DNA of 64,000 bases from Felis catus. Its lineage: Eukaryota. Of the stretch, positions 39,654 through 53,675 are shown piece after piece (the stretch's first letter is position 1; every line of letters starts with the position of its first letter). The position numbers and the translations under genes were made by a program. The notes below the pieces were generated by a model. It made no database searches. It had not been told where the DNA came from and worked only from the letters and a program-made list of their open reading frames with translations. Where the stretch lies: assembly GCF_018350175.1 (NCBI RefSeq), contig NC_058368.1:122824001-122888000 (forward strand), written 5' to 3'.

Positions 39654-40844
39654 TCCAGATCTCTCATATTTTCTTATTTCAAGAAGAGATGGTGTTGTGC
39701 TCTCCCTTTTTCTCCTTGTGTCCCCTTAGTGGGGTCTTTAGGGCTAAAGAGGACCAAAGGAGAGGTCTCCAACATCAGAGGTGGAGCTAGGTAAGAGGAA
39801 AGACAACCAAGGAGGGATGCATACTCCTGTGTGACTAAATTATCTATTAATAATCAGCTTTTCCATGGGAATCAAATGGATCCTCTTTGATAGTCACTCA
39901 GTACAATCACTACTTACCAGTGACGTCTGACAGAGGTTTTGCTTCCTTAACTTTTACAGATCTTTGGCTGTCAGTAATTTTTTGTAGTTGATAAGGCTGA
40001 TCATTCTGACTTTGAAAAAAGGCTCTGAGGTGGAGTTAGGAAGCACCTCAGAAAAAGCACTGCAGTGTGGCTGTGGGTAAAGGTAGTCAGAGGCCCAGTG
40101 GAGCTGTGTCTGTTCATTTTTCTGATGGATGCATCATTTATTGGATGAACCCAGAAAGAATAGCCCTCACAACATAGCAGAGTGTGAATAACAAGGTACA
40201 GGCAAACATCTGCACGCAAATCAGTGGGGATAATTTTATCTCATCATCTGCTACAGCCAGCATGCATGAGCGAAATCTCTTTAGAATCTGCTCATTGGTG
40301 CTGCAAGAGAGAATATTCCTTGCTCTGAAGGATAATTATCCTCTGATTACTTGGTTCCTTAGAATGCCTTTTGAATCAGATAAGCCCAAATGTGAATGTG
40401 GAAAAACTTGTCTTGCTCAAGTTGGGTTTGAACCCCAGAGTTCTAATACAGTCATTTATCTTTTCTGTACCTTAAGCAGATTATTGGAGTCAGAAGGGAT
40501 TCAAAGAGTACTTAACTAAGGAACAGTGAATGGTTACTTAACTAAGTAAAGAATATATTTGAGGTGCTATGTGACTCTTGGCAAAACTCTCTCCACTTTG
40601 GGCTTTGACTTCCAGACCTGCAAAGTGAGAGAGTTGGGCTAAGTGAAATCTGAGGTCAATTCCAGGGCAGAAATGCTCTGATCATCTATCCTCTGGATAA
40701 AGCGTGTGGCTGGAAGGTTGGTCATTCATTTTAAACAAAACATTGAAAGAGAACAGTTCAATCTTACACACAGCTAAGGACTTGCAATTTAAAGCTGTAA
40801 TTCTGTTCTTTATATATCAGAAAAAAAATTTTTTTAATGTGCCA

Positions 40845-41140
40845 TTTTGGCATGGATGTGGGGAAACACTCCTGTACTGTAGTGCAAGGAGAAACTAGCA
40901 CAACCTTCCTGCAGAGCAATGTGGTAACATATTTAGCAACTGAAAATGCACATGCCTTTAAGTTAGACATTCTACTTCTAGAAATTTGTGCTATAGGTAT
41001 AATTGCACATGTGTGAAATGACTTTTGTGTAAGGCTAGTTAGTATAGCATTGTTCATAGCAGCAAGAGACTGGAGAACTATTTAAATATCAGTATCTATA
41101 ATGGAATAGTTCTACAGGGGAGGATCATGCTGTTGTGACA
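40845..41140 (+). mobile_element. L1ME-type fragment
   Basis: ggatgtggggaaacactcctgtact..., attctacttctagaaattt, gcattgttcatagcagcaagagactgga. Confidence 0.7.
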
Positions 41141-41761
41141 AAGAGTAGAACTGATAGAGAAGTCTTAAAATGTGTTAATAAGGAAAGTCTTGCACAAATG
41201 AAATCACTTTAGGTACCTGATTAAAGAAAGGCTTAAAAGGGATGCTGACTCTTTTCATGTTCCCCAAGGCTTAAGAATCAGGAATGGCTGCAAGGTAAGT
41301 AACCACATTTTAACAAAGAATTGACCAGAACCTCTTTCCAGTCAGCACTGGCAAGGATGGGCATAGGGACTGTTGGCTAAGGTATTCTATTCATGATCTC
41401 TTCCTCTGCCTTGTCCCTCTTCCTACAATTCCCCCTTCCCAATAATGCCTGCATGTTAATACCTTCTGTCATAAATACTCACGATTCTTTTTCTTAACAC
41501 TTTGAATGGTTACCTGATATGATGGACATCTCTTTAAAAAATAACAATTATACTGTTGAGTACCATACACCATGCAGCATGACCAGAAATTTATGTAGAT
41601 TCTGCCATTTATCTTAAAAACTATGACTTACCTAAATATTACCTCCATTTGTCAGATGGGGAAACACAGACTCTTGAGAAGTTTAATAATCTATGCAGAG
41701 AATGACAGTTACTAAAGGGTTCTTTCCGCTGTCAAAGCTTTCTTAGAGGATATGTGAAATA

Positions 41762-41955
41762 TTTTTTTTAATGTTTATTTATTTTTGAGATAGAGACAGC
41801 ATGAGCAGGCGAGGGGCAGAGAGAGAGGGAGACACAGAATCCAAAGCAGGCTACAGTCTCTGAGCTGTCAGCACAGAGCCCAACACAGAGCCAACCACAA
41901 GATCATGATCTGAGCAGAAGTTAGACACTTAACCAACTGAGCCACCCAGGAGCCC
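41762..41955 (-). mobile_element. Feline CanSINE
   Basis: Reverse-complement head and tail. Confidence 0.93.
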
Positions 41956-43237
41956 AATGAATGTTTTTGTTTTTGTTTTTTTTTTATACAGAAAGTTGAA
42001 CAGTTTAAACAGACATTGTGATTTAATACATAGTAATTAATACATACCAGGCATTGTGCTGAGTCCTTGGCAAGTACAGCCGAGCTGTAGAGTCCCAGAA
42101 AGGACAGAAATGAACATGAGCTCTCATGGATGCTGGATGCCCATGATGTCTGTGCAGCCAATATTGATAAATACACTATTTCCAAAATTTCAGACATTTC
42201 CATACCACCCTCATAATTTTCACTATAGTTACATGTTAGCTATAATATTAATTTTCTTTAAATCAACTCATTTTTCCCTTAAAGTCTACTTTTTTATTTT
42301 TTATTTTTATTTTTTTTTTACCTTGATCTAAACAGGTATATTTGTAAAACCAAAATTCTGGTGTCTTAGTAATATTTTTCTGATATATGCTACAATAAAA
42401 ATATAATTATGGGGGAAATCTATCCATGTCCCACTTAACATCACACTTTAGGAAATACTGGATTACTGCCAAATTGTGGCAGAGTGATAGCGCCCCCTCC
42501 GATGACCCATGAGATTCTCTCATTCAACTTTTATGATGCTAGTGCTCACAGAAATGTGATGCATAACCACCAGTTTTTGCTAGCACTGGTACATACTTCC
42601 TGGTGACATATCCCATTCCAAATTTGACAGACATACACATTTTCCATCACATATTCTCCTTCCAAATGTTCGACCAAGACTGTTGATGCGATATGTAAGA
42701 ACGGGTTTGTGATACTGAATTTAGTGAGTCAATGTTTGATATATAAATCAGGCCCAAAAGAGTAAGTAAAGAGTCTTCCTAGCAAAAAGGAATTGAAACA
42801 AGAAGTTGGAAAAGAGCTGAACTGATGTTTCTAGAGGACAGAACCTGGGCTGTTTTGATGTAGGCTAAACACTGACTGGTCTGAGGAAAGTCAGTTACAA
42901 AAGAAAGCTTTAGTTGCGGCTGATTTCTGAGCAATTTCTCCTAAGAGTACAAGTCAGAGAGAAGGGAGATTTAAATTTATACTATATACTATCAACGAAT
43001 ATTAAGTTAGTTTCTAAACGATTTTCTTAGGAGACATTCTTGGAAGTGTTACTGAGCATGAAAATATTTTACACATTTAGATATACATGATGAAATTCCA
43101 GCAAACTAGGGTTCAAGTGACAATCAAAGGTTAATATCAATTTCAAACAAAAAAACCTCACAAAAATCAAAGTAGAATTTCAAATAAGGAAAATGGATCA
43201 AGGAAAGATCCACATTTCCTCAGCACTGAGTTTCAGA

Positions 43238-43940
43238 CACTGATTCTCAAATTTTGAACAGATTTAGTATCACCTGAAGAGTTAGTTAAAATGTCAAAGT
43301 TGGGGTGCCTGAGTGGCTCAGCTGGTTGAGCTTCTGACTCTTGATTTCAGTTCATGTCATGATCCTAGGTTCGTGGGATCGAGCCCTGCATCGGGCTCTT
43401 CACTGAACATGGAGCCTGCTTAAGATTCTTCCTCTCTCTCTCTCTCTGCCCCTTCCTCGCTCTCTCTTTCTCTCTCTCTCTCTAAAACAGAATTTTAAAA
43501 AATCAAATGTTAAGCTCTACCTGTACACATTCTGAATTAGCTCTGAGGGGAGGGCCCAGAATCTCCATTTTTAGCAAGCTCCCAGGTGATTTAAAAAAAA
43601 AAAATTTTAGGGGCGCCTGGGTGGCTCAGTAGGTTAAGTATCCGACTTCGGCTCGGGTCATGATCTCACGGTCCGTGAGTTCAAGCCCCGCGTTGGGCCC
43701 TGCGCTGACAGCTCAGAGCCTGGAGCCTGTTTCAGATTCTGTGTCTTCCTCTCTCTCTGACCCTCCCCCGTTCATGCTCTGTCTCTCTCTGTCTCAAAAA
43801 TAAATAAACATTAAAAAACGTTAATGTTTTTTAATGAGATCATGACCTGAGCCAAAGTTGGACGCTTAATCGACTGAGCCACCCAGGCGCCCCTACTCCC
43901 AGGTGATTCTGAAGCATAACACATTTCAAGATTTAACTGA
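43238..43940. mobile_element. MER5-like MITE carrying three CanSINEs (43302-43500 +, 43610-43818 +, 43834-43893 -)
   Basis: tcacctgaagagttagttaaaatg...ggcccagaatctccatttttagcaagctcccaggtgattct; ctcccaggtgatt duplicated at 43579-43591 and 43896-43908. Confidence 0.8.
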
Positions 43941-44779
43941 CAGCTAGTCAGGTAGGAGGAGGAACAAGGTGGAATTACAATTACCGACACTTTAATTATG
44001 ATTAGTTTAGTAATCAATCTACAAAGTAAACAGCTCTTTAACCTTAGTTATTTTTCATCCACAATTTTAACTTCCATTCCTTCCATTCCTTGTTCCTTCC
44101 ATTCTAATACAACCCCCCCACACTCCAATATTCCTGAAACTGAGACACTGCTTACCATTTATGTATTTTTCTCCTGGAAAGATGTTAGTAAATCAATGTT
44201 ACAAAATACAATGGATTGGGTCTTAATCGAAGAAATGCAACATTTGTGGGTGACCTCAAATGTGCATGGCAGGAGGACACTTTGTAATATTGTAGATTCC
44301 TAGGTTTGAAAGAGGGGGGGGAGTACTCTGAAATCAGTGTGTAGCTGACATTACTGCTGGTGAGTGAGCCTAGGCACCCAGCCAACATCCAAAAGCAGCC
44401 TTACTCTTTAGAAATGCAGTGACTTTCCTAAAGTAATGAAGCAACCATCACCACCACCAATAGCACATTTTGTTTCCTGGTAAAAATCATTCCCCAAATA
44501 AAGCCAATGGTTGGCTCTGATATGGGTGTGGAAAGACCCAAGAGTGATCTTCTTCTCTAAAGAAGTTGAGCTGTGGCAGCAAATAAGATCTATTAAATCA
44601 ATCATACAAATAGTTTAGATTTGTGGAGGTGTCCTGTTTAAATGATATTTTACAACTGTGCTATGAAAACTTCATTACTAGGTAATTGAGATCTCAGATA
44701 TCTGCTTAGAATGTTAAGGGTCTATATTACGAAACTATTGTATATATTTGCATGCATTTGGGTATGAAGATATACACAC

Positions 44780-45455
44780 AAGAAAAATAAGTCAGAGAGA
44801 GACAAACATTGTATGATCTCACTTATATGTGGAATCTTAAAAAAAAACAAACTCATAGAAACAGAGATCAGATTTGTGGTTGGCAGAGGTAGGGATTGGA
44901 GGATGACAGAAATGGCTGAAGGAGGTCAAAAGGGACAAATTTCCGGGTATAAGATAATGAAGTTCGGGGCGCCTGTGTGGCTCAGTCGGTTGAGCGGCCG
45001 ACTTCAGCTCAGGTCATGATCTCACAGTCCGTGAGTTCAAGCCCCGCGTCAGGCTCTGTGCTGACAGCTCAGAGGCTGGAGCCTGCTTCAGATTCTGTGT
45101 CTCCCTCTCTCTCTGACCCTCCCTCGTTCATGCCCTGTCTCTCTCTGTCTCAAAACTAAATAAATATTAAAAAAAAAATTAAAAAAAAAAAAGATAATGA
45201 AGTTCTAGGCCTGTAATGTACAACTTGGGGATAGTTAACAATACTATCTTACATATTTGATAGTCGCTAAGAGAGTAAATATTAAAAGTTTTTATCACAA
45301 GAAAAAAAATCTGTAACTGTGCGAGGTGACAGATATTAACTAAACTTATTATGGTGATCATTTTGCAAAATTATACATATATGTATATATAGATGCATGT
45401 ATTATAATAAAACAAATACAATGTAATATGTCAATTATTCTCAATAAAACTGGAA
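44780..45455 (+). mobile_element. L1MA-type 3' end with a nested feline CanSINE (44966-45190)
   Basis: aataagtcagagagagacaaacattgtatgatctcacttatatgtggaatc; perfect SINE TSD aagataatgaagttc at 44951-44965/45191-45205. Confidence 0.92.
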
Positions 45456-46301
45456 AAAAAGAAAAAAAGTTTAATTGTATAGAAAAAAGGAAATATGCAT
45501 GCACACATCCCCCTAAAAATTTTTATGTACACACCTAAAATTACTTACAGATGCACACAGATGCTTAAAATTACACATATATAATTATTTCTATGCATAT
45601 GTACATGGATCTATACAAGCATCCCTATTTAAATATGCACATATATACTTATATATACAGTAAGTGCTTTAAGTTATTTTAAAAATGCAATGAAATCGTT
45701 TCTGTGGTCTATCTTAGTATCTGAGCAAGTCACATATTAATAACTTACTCTGAACTCAATGTAAAGTAAATGAGAGGTAAAACTATTATTCTAATCTTTC
45801 TTGTTCTCTTGTTTGTATTTTTTTTTAAAGTTCCCATTACATTCTGCCTTGCATTTGGTTTATCAATGTGCATGCCTCACTGCTCCATTGGACTACAAAT
45901 TATTTAAAGGCAATAATATTCTACTAGTGTTTGCATCCTTCAATGCCTAACAGAGTGATCGACATATCATAGAGGTTTAATAATATCTGAAGGAATACTG
46001 AATGAATGATGAGTCAAGAAACATGAGCTCCATTCTGAGTTCTTTTACAAATTATCTCTTTAAACTTGCACAAGTCATTTAATGTCCTTAGAACCTAGTT
46101 CAGTCATACTTAAAATCATAGGATGGTGTTAGTTATGCTCTAAGGTGTCTTGTAGATTTTGTTTCATATAGTGAAAAAAATTTTTTTTTCAAAAACTATG
46201 GTCAGTGCTTTATAACGTTACACAGATACATAGATTCTGCAGTGACACACAATTTTATCATCTCTTCCATCTAATATGTTAGCTATCAAAAAAGAAAGTC
46301 A

Positions 46302-46478
46302 GGGGTACCTGGGTGGCTCGGTTAGTTGTACTACCAACCTGATTTTGCCTCAGGTTATGATTTCATGGTTCATGAGATTAAGCCCTGCATCAGACTCTTC
46401 ACTAATAGTGTGGAGCCTGCTTGAGATATTCTCTTTCTCTCTCTCTCTCTTTCTCCCTCTGCCCCCTCCCTGACTGAT

Positions 46479-46519
<41 letters not shown>

Positions 46520-46757
46520 ACAAATAAACATTAAAAGTAGTCAGGGGTGCCTAGGTGGCTCAGTTGGTTAAGTGTCCGACTTCGGCTCACTTCATGATCT
46601 CATGGTTCGTGGGTTCAAGCCCCGCATTAGGCTCTGTGCTGACAGCTCAGAGCCTGGAGCCTGCTTCAGATTCTGTGTCTCCCTCTCTCTCTGCCCCTCC
46701 CCTGCTCACATTCTGTCTCTCTCTCTCTCTCAAAAATAAATAAACATTAAAAAAAAG
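46302..46757 (+). mobile_element. Two tandem CanSINEs (46302-46535 and 46544-46757)
   Basis: Both heads are preceded by agtca; long (CT)n at 46482-46516. Confidence 0.94.
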
Positions 46758-46903
46758 TTAAATCAACAGGTATGCATTATATATAGAGCAAAGTGTCAAA
46801 GAGAAGAAACACAACATATGATCTTTTGCAACAGGCTTATTTCACTTAAAAGTCAGAAATCCTAGAATCTAGTCTGAGTTTTGCCAGCCACTAGCTTGGT
46901 GAC

Positions 46904-47236
46904 TGTTAGGATGTCCTTGGAACCACAGTAGAGGGGACGGCCATTTTGCCAGTGCAACCCAACGAAAAGTTGCCAGAACGAATTGGAGGTCAACCAATCA
47001 CCCAGCGACAGCACGACCTGACGCGAAAAAGGCCCACCCGGACCTAAACCCGGAACCGCTGCAGCTTAAAAACCCCACCCCACCACACCTGGGTGCGACT
47101 TCCCTGACTCCTCTCTCTCTCTCTCCCTGAGTCACGGAACCTCGCCCGAACTTAGTTCCCAAATAAAGCCTTTGACTGCTAAAATTTTTTAGCCTCTGAC
47201 TCCTATCTTTACCCTGCCTTATGCCTGACCCTAACA
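46904..47236 (+). mobile_element. Young ERV solo LTR (333 bp) inserted in a MIR
   Basis: 7-bp terminal inverted repeats TGTTAGG...CCTAACA; perfect 5-bp TSD GTGAC (46899-46903/47237-47241); CCAAT 46994-46998; TATA-like TTAAAAA from 47066; AATAAA 47162-47167. Confidence 0.9.
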
Positions 47237-49974
47237 GTGACCTTCAGAAACAAGTCAATACCTTTTGAGGCTCCATTTCCTGGTCTGTAAAATAAAGATT
47301 ATAATACCTGCTTTATCTCCTTCTCAGAATTATTGTGAGGTCCATTAAGATAATATATGTGAAAGCAGTTTATATAGTGCTGTACAAATGAAGGTTGTAG
47401 TTCTATCCTCCAATACCAATGTTTTAATGCTTTCAACTTTATATTATTATGGCAGGATGAATTCAAAATGCACCAAGGCTCTGATAAAGAGAAGCATAAA
47501 ATAAAATGATAGATGTGATGGGAAACAGCTCTGAAAACTTAATTACATTATGCAAATGTAAGGTACTACTATTATTTTACATCTGGATGTAGATTTCTGA
47601 ATCAGTTATAGGGACACATTCCAAGGAGTAAAATGTCTGGGGAACAAATGCTTGTTTCTGAACAGAGAGGAATGAAACTATTTACACTATTTCTTATTTA
47701 AGCCAAAGTTTTAGGCTCTTACATCTTTCTGAAAATTATTCACTTTTTTGAAAAGATAACATGTTAAAATACACCATTTACAACAATAGAGATATGAATG
47801 GCTCCACCTTAAAAAAAAAAAGCTGTCCTTATTTTTATTTTCATAGTGACTTTGAAAACAGGATCTTGATGAAAAAGACAATAGGACCATGACTGCCAAG
47901 AAACAGATGCCTGTGCCTAATAGTAGGGGCAACATGCATTTTTCTATAGTCATAATGAGGTGGTTTCTGGTCCACAGGAGTGACGACAAAAGAGGTTATT
48001 CTACTCGTTTACTCATTTATTTATTTATTCAACAAATATTTATTTTGCATTGGGCACTATGCTTGGAATTGGAGACTCAGTAGTGAATAAGAGAGATGGG
48101 CTTCTTTCCTTCCCAGGCTGTTCAATCAGGCAGGGGAAACAAACGTTAAATAACATGGAAATGGGCTGGCTGGCATATTGGTGACAATGCAGACAGCTTA
48201 GAGACAGATGCTTGTGGGAACTGGGGGCAACTTAATTTTATTAAACCTCAGTTTCCTCGTGGATAAAAGTGGAATAGTACTGTCACTGACCCCGTGAGTA
48301 TTTTAGAAAATTAAATGAAACAGTGGATGTAAATTATAGTGTGTAACACACAGTAAATTCTTACAAAATGGTAGACTTTAAGGCATTGATAAAGAGGTCT
48401 TTACCAGCTCTACAACTTTAAATGAGTTGCACAGACATTACACCATTTAGAACATTCTACAAGGAGCCTTGCTTTATCCGTAATTTAGATTTCAAAAAGG
48501 TATGCCATGTTTCACTTTGAACTTTGTTTTCTGATTCAAACCCTCTTTGTTCTGGCCTTTGTCTTTGTCTTAGGTCTTCACCTACACACCTACGATCAGC
48601 CCTGTGTCTGAAACTCTCCTCTGTTCTGGGCTGCCCTTCTTGGCTCCACTCCACACTCATCTGCAGAAGTCATGCTTTCCAGCTCCTCCACGAAATAACT
48701 GGAGGACCCATAGGATCAAGATACCCACTGGGTTAGTCCCAGCCCAGGGGAAGGATTTAGTCTATTTTATTTGTGATAAAGTGATTTATGTTCCCTAGGT
48801 CTTGGTTTCTGCATCTGTTAAATGACAAGATTTGATTAGATAGTGCCTTTTTATGCATCATTTTTATAAAGTCCTGTTTCTCTTTGTTTTTAATTCTGGT
48901 ATGAATAAGATACTATTTTGCATACAGTTCCTTGTAAAATCATATGAATCTTTTGAAACAGTAGGAATGCGCAGGGTAGGATAGGAAACACATTTCATAA
49001 AGTCCTGCCACTAGTAATACTTACACAGGGCTTTGCTCACATCTCTTTGTGTGGCTTTCTCACATCATAAAATTGCTTTGCCAATATCAGTTAGTGGAGG
49101 GGGGAGGAGACATTTCAAAACTAGGAATTGGATGTTTCACTCGGTTGCTCCCTCATCCATCTTAATTTCGACACCATAACCACACAGCACCTAGTACCCA
49201 CCCCTCCCACTCTGATGGAAATAATGGCCATGTCTATGAATGTTTAAAAGCAAAAATGGAAGGGCACACATTTCAGCTTCAAACACAGACACTTTGTATT
49301 TTCTTTCTCAGGTAAAAGCTTAAGCAGTAATCCTTTTGAGAATGCTAATGGTGAAATAAATACTCTTCGTTATGCTGAGATCATAAACCCAATAATTCTA
49401 GTTAGGCAGGGCTCCTGTAAGTAATAAAGCTAACAATTCAAAAATGTGACAAGGAGGGGAGGAAAGTGAGAGTATAGGGAAATACCGAAATTGGTAATCT
49501 CCAAAAATAAACCACATCATCTGGAATATTGATAGTACTTTGTATATATTTGTGACACTTTGTATTTAAACTATTTCTAGCCGGGAATGATACAAGGCAG
49601 GTTGTTCAGATTTTTTTTCACTTTAAGGACTGTAGAATTAGCATATCTTTACTGTTTGATTACAAAATTGTTTAACATTTGTTTAGCTTTTTTGACAGTT
49701 CAGACTAAGCCTTTTTGCAAGTGTGAACCTTCACTAACATCAAGGTTCCATTTTTATGAGATATTTTTAACAAACAGCAATAATGCCAGGAAAAGCAATA
49801 TAAACTACACTTTATTGAACATTCACTAAGTACCAGATACTATCCTGGGGGCTTTGTATTCATCAATTTGCTTGGAACAGTCTAAAGAGGCAAGTAATCC
49901 TTTTTTTTTTTTACTCATAAAGAAATTAATAGTAGGAAAAATGGTAAATATTTAAGTGCATTGGGGATTCTAGT

Positions 49975-52620
49975 TAATTAATGGCAGATCAGATAATTCT
50001 GACTAACCCTCAACCAATAAAGACAATATAAAACTCTGGGGGCGGGGGGGGAGGAGGAAACCCCAAATTTTAAAATGCTTTAAAGAAAAAACAAGACTTA
50101 TAAAGAATTCCTAGACTGAGATCTGGGGAAAAATAGGAACCCAGAGCCAAGAACACAGAGCAGTCAGGGGCTTTTGGTCTGATGGTATTATCTAACCCAG
50201 GAGAGATGGCCAAGAGGCTGAAATGAGTTTTTGATAGACTAATGAGGCTAGAGTGGAAAGCGCTGGAATTCAGATAAACTGCCATGGCTTTGGGCTAGGA
50301 CCTCAAAGTGCTGCATATGGATGGGTAAAGAAAAGATGATGTAAAAGCACATGAATATTCATAAAGACTCCAGACTGGCTGTGAGTCATCTAGATGACCC
50401 AGAAAATCTCAAACTCCAAATTTAGATTAAGGTAATCCCAGATTGATATTACTCACAGGAGACTGGCAAATGCAAAAGAAAATTGACATGGTGTGCTCAA
50501 ACAATTTCTAGTAACAGTTACTGAAATACCACACTCGGCACACAATCAAAGGTGACCAAATACATGAGCAGACAAGACAGCATTTGTGAAAAACCAGCAG
50601 AGCCAAGAGACAATAGAAACATAAAGTCTTCAGGTACTGCTATTATCAGAAAGGTCCTACAGAACAGATACTGTTACCTAATTCAAGGAGATACAAAATC
50701 GAGCTTGAAAATTTTAAAAGACAACCTTAAAATATAAAAAGTAACATAGGAGATTTGGGAAATGAAACAGAAATATAGTATAATTTAATTATTATATTAA
50801 ATCTGATATAATTTCTAAATTATAGTATAATATAAAATATAAAATATTATATAATTAAATATATAAATGTATATTTATATTTAAATTAAATGTAAAATAT
50901 AATTTCTAAAATAGAAATTATAGAACTGAGAAGGCATAAGCAACCAAAATTAAGAAATCAATAGCTGAGCTCACAGGCAGTCTATGTGCAACAGAAGAGA
51001 AAATCAGTGAATGGAAAAAAAAAAAAAAAAACAGGTTGAAACCACGAAGACATCAAGAGATGGAAAAGGATGCAAGATGCAGAAGACAGAGAGGATTCTG
51101 CATCAAAGTCTGGCATATGTTCAGTGGAGCCACAGAAGGATCCAGGAGACAGAATGGGGCAGAGGCAGTGTCTGAAGAGATAATGGTTAATTTTTTCCAG
51201 AATTGGTGAAGCATACCAATCCATAGATTCGAGAAGTCCAGTAAGTACCAGCAAGAATCAAAGACAAAGAGAAAATCTTAAAATCTGTCAGAGCAGAATA
51301 GAGGTCTGGCTTACAGAAGAACAGCATTTATACTAACAGCTGACTTCTCAACAGCAACATGAGAAGCAGAAGACAGTGGAATGATATTTTCAATAAGTTA
51401 AAAGAAAGTAACTGTCAAATGAGAATCCTGTATTTACTGAAAATATTCTTTAAGAATGAAGGTAAAATAAAGACATTTTAGTTTTCTACTAAAGAAAATT
51501 GTGGAGGGGCGCCTGGGTGGCTCAGTAGGGTAAGCGTCTGACTTTGGCTCAGGTCATGATCTCGCAGTCTATGAGTTTGGGCCCCATGTCAGGATCTGTG
51601 CTGACAGCTCAGAGCCTGGAGCCTGCTTCGGATTCTGTGTCTCTCTCTCTCTGTGCCCCTCCCCGCTCATGATCTGTCTCTCTCTGTCTCAAAAATAAAT
51701 AAACATTAAAAAAAAAGAAAAGAAAGAAAAAAAAATTGTGGAGAGTATTCTTCAGGCAGAAAGAAAATGATACAGGGAAAAATAAGGAACAGGCAAGTGA
51801 TAAAAATCAGGACAAATCTAAATGAACACAGACTATTCTAAAATTTGAATATTTTTTGGGAGATATATATAGTTATATATGTAATTATAGTATATATAAT
51901 TAAAATTCACAAAAATAATACAGCATATAGTTCTAGAATTCCACAGGGGTAAATATGGACTAGGAGGAAAACAGATAGAGGGATTTGATAACTCAAGACT
52001 ATGTTGTAATTACTAGGTTAGTACTAAAAGACTAGAATAAAGAGTTTGTAACTTCTAAGTTATCAGAGAAGAAACTGAATTATCCTATCAATCCAAAAGA
52101 AGTTAAGGAAGGAGAGGGAAAAAAATGAAACTAATATAGAACTCTTGTGACAAACAGAAAATATATTATGAGGTAGTAGATATAAATTCAAATATCAGTG
52201 ATTACATTACATTACATCAAATTTATAATTTAAATACATCAGTTATGGGATAAAATTGACACACTGGGGAAAAAAAGCCAAAAATCCAAAATTACATGCT
52301 TTTTAAAGAGCCACATCTATAGTAGTGCCAAGATATAAAATAGTTAAAACTATATAAATGGATATTTATGTTATATATAATCTAAAACAAAGTTGAAGTG
52401 TTGACTGCATTAATAACAAAAATCAAATTTCACTAGAGGAAAATAGAGTAAATTCACAATGACAAAATTCAATTCCCCAAAAAGATATAAAAATTTTAAA
52501 TTTATGTGTATCTGCTAACATAGCCTCAAAGAACATAAAGCAAAATTAGCCAAACTATAAACAAAAGTGGAAAAATCCATAAACATACTGGGAGGTTTTT
52601 GTTTTTGTTTTTGTAAACAC
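49975..52620 (+). mobile_element. Ancient L1M remnant (5'UTR, ORF1, probable start of ORF2) with a nested CanSINE at 51506-51735
   Basis: actaacagctgacttctcaacagcaacatgagaagcagaagacagtggaatgatattttc...gaatgaaggtaaaataaagacattt is the L1 ORF1 C-terminal region. SINE TSD aaaattgtgga. Confidence 0.8.
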
Positions 52621-52650
52621 TCCTCTCTGAGTTAAAGATGGCCTTTTCAA

Positions 52651-52760
52651 GGGGCACCTGGCTGGCTCATTGGGAGCAGCCACTCAATCTTGGGGTCATG
52701 AATTCAAACCCCACGTTGGGTGTAGACATTACTTAAAAAAATAAAATCTTAAAAAAAAAA
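52651..52760 (+). mobile_element. Short old tRNA-Lys-like CanSINE
   Basis: ggggcacctggctggctca...ccccacgttgggtgtagacattacttaaaaaa. Confidence 0.88.
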
Positions 52761-53617
52761 TGACAGCCCCTTCCAGACATCTAATGACATTATTATTTTT
52801 AATCATATTTCTTTCATACTCAAGGGTAGGAGGACGTGGGAATTACCTTCCTTATTTTCTCCCAGGGCTAGGACCGCTCAGAAGGATTCACCTTAGAAAT
52901 GATAAGTATTTAAGATTAATTATGAAACACTATACTACCTGTCAACAGGTATGAGTCCCAGTTATCCTGGGTATTCATAAATAGTTTACACTGCAAAAGG
53001 ATTTGAAAGTACAACATTTTAAAGCCAGTGAACTGAATGATTTCTAAAAGGTCTAAATTTGACTCATTGCTGTTTGCACTCTGTACCCGACTTTGCTGCA
53101 AATGACTAATCTTAGTATTTTGCTTCTGGTTGCAATTCTCACCCTTGCAGTTTTATAAATACCTGTGCACTTCTTAAAGGATGCTGTTATAACATGCTCT
53201 CACAGATTTCAGGTTTCTCTCCTTGCTCTTTTTAGTTATTCCCCCCTTCTTTTCTCTCCCCTGCCCTTCTCTTCCTTTCACTTCTTTCCCCCACCTCCAC
53301 CCCTTTAATTTGTCCTTTGCTTTTAATTATGCAGTTTACACATGGGAGGTTCCTTGTGTAAGGAGTGGCTCTTTCCCAAAAATTCCTCTTCATGATTTCC
53401 CCAAATTTCTAAATCTTTGAGGATTTGCACCAGCAGGTTCCAGGATATCATAAACTGAAATTTCTTATTTCTTTTTTTCTTATAGAGTGAGCTGAAACTG
53501 TTAAAGTGCATGACCAGTCCCAGCAGAGGGTAGCTAATAAAGGAATAGCATGGAGCAATGTTATTCATAGAAGGACAGTGACAATATTTGGGTTACATCA
53601 GAAGTGCAATGGAAACA

Positions 53618-53618
<1 letters not shown>

Positions 53619-53675
<57 letters not shown>

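Noticed and set aside
50770..50925. Extremely AT-rich block
   Set aside because: Low-complexity expansion within a decayed L1; no long perfect symmetry seen.
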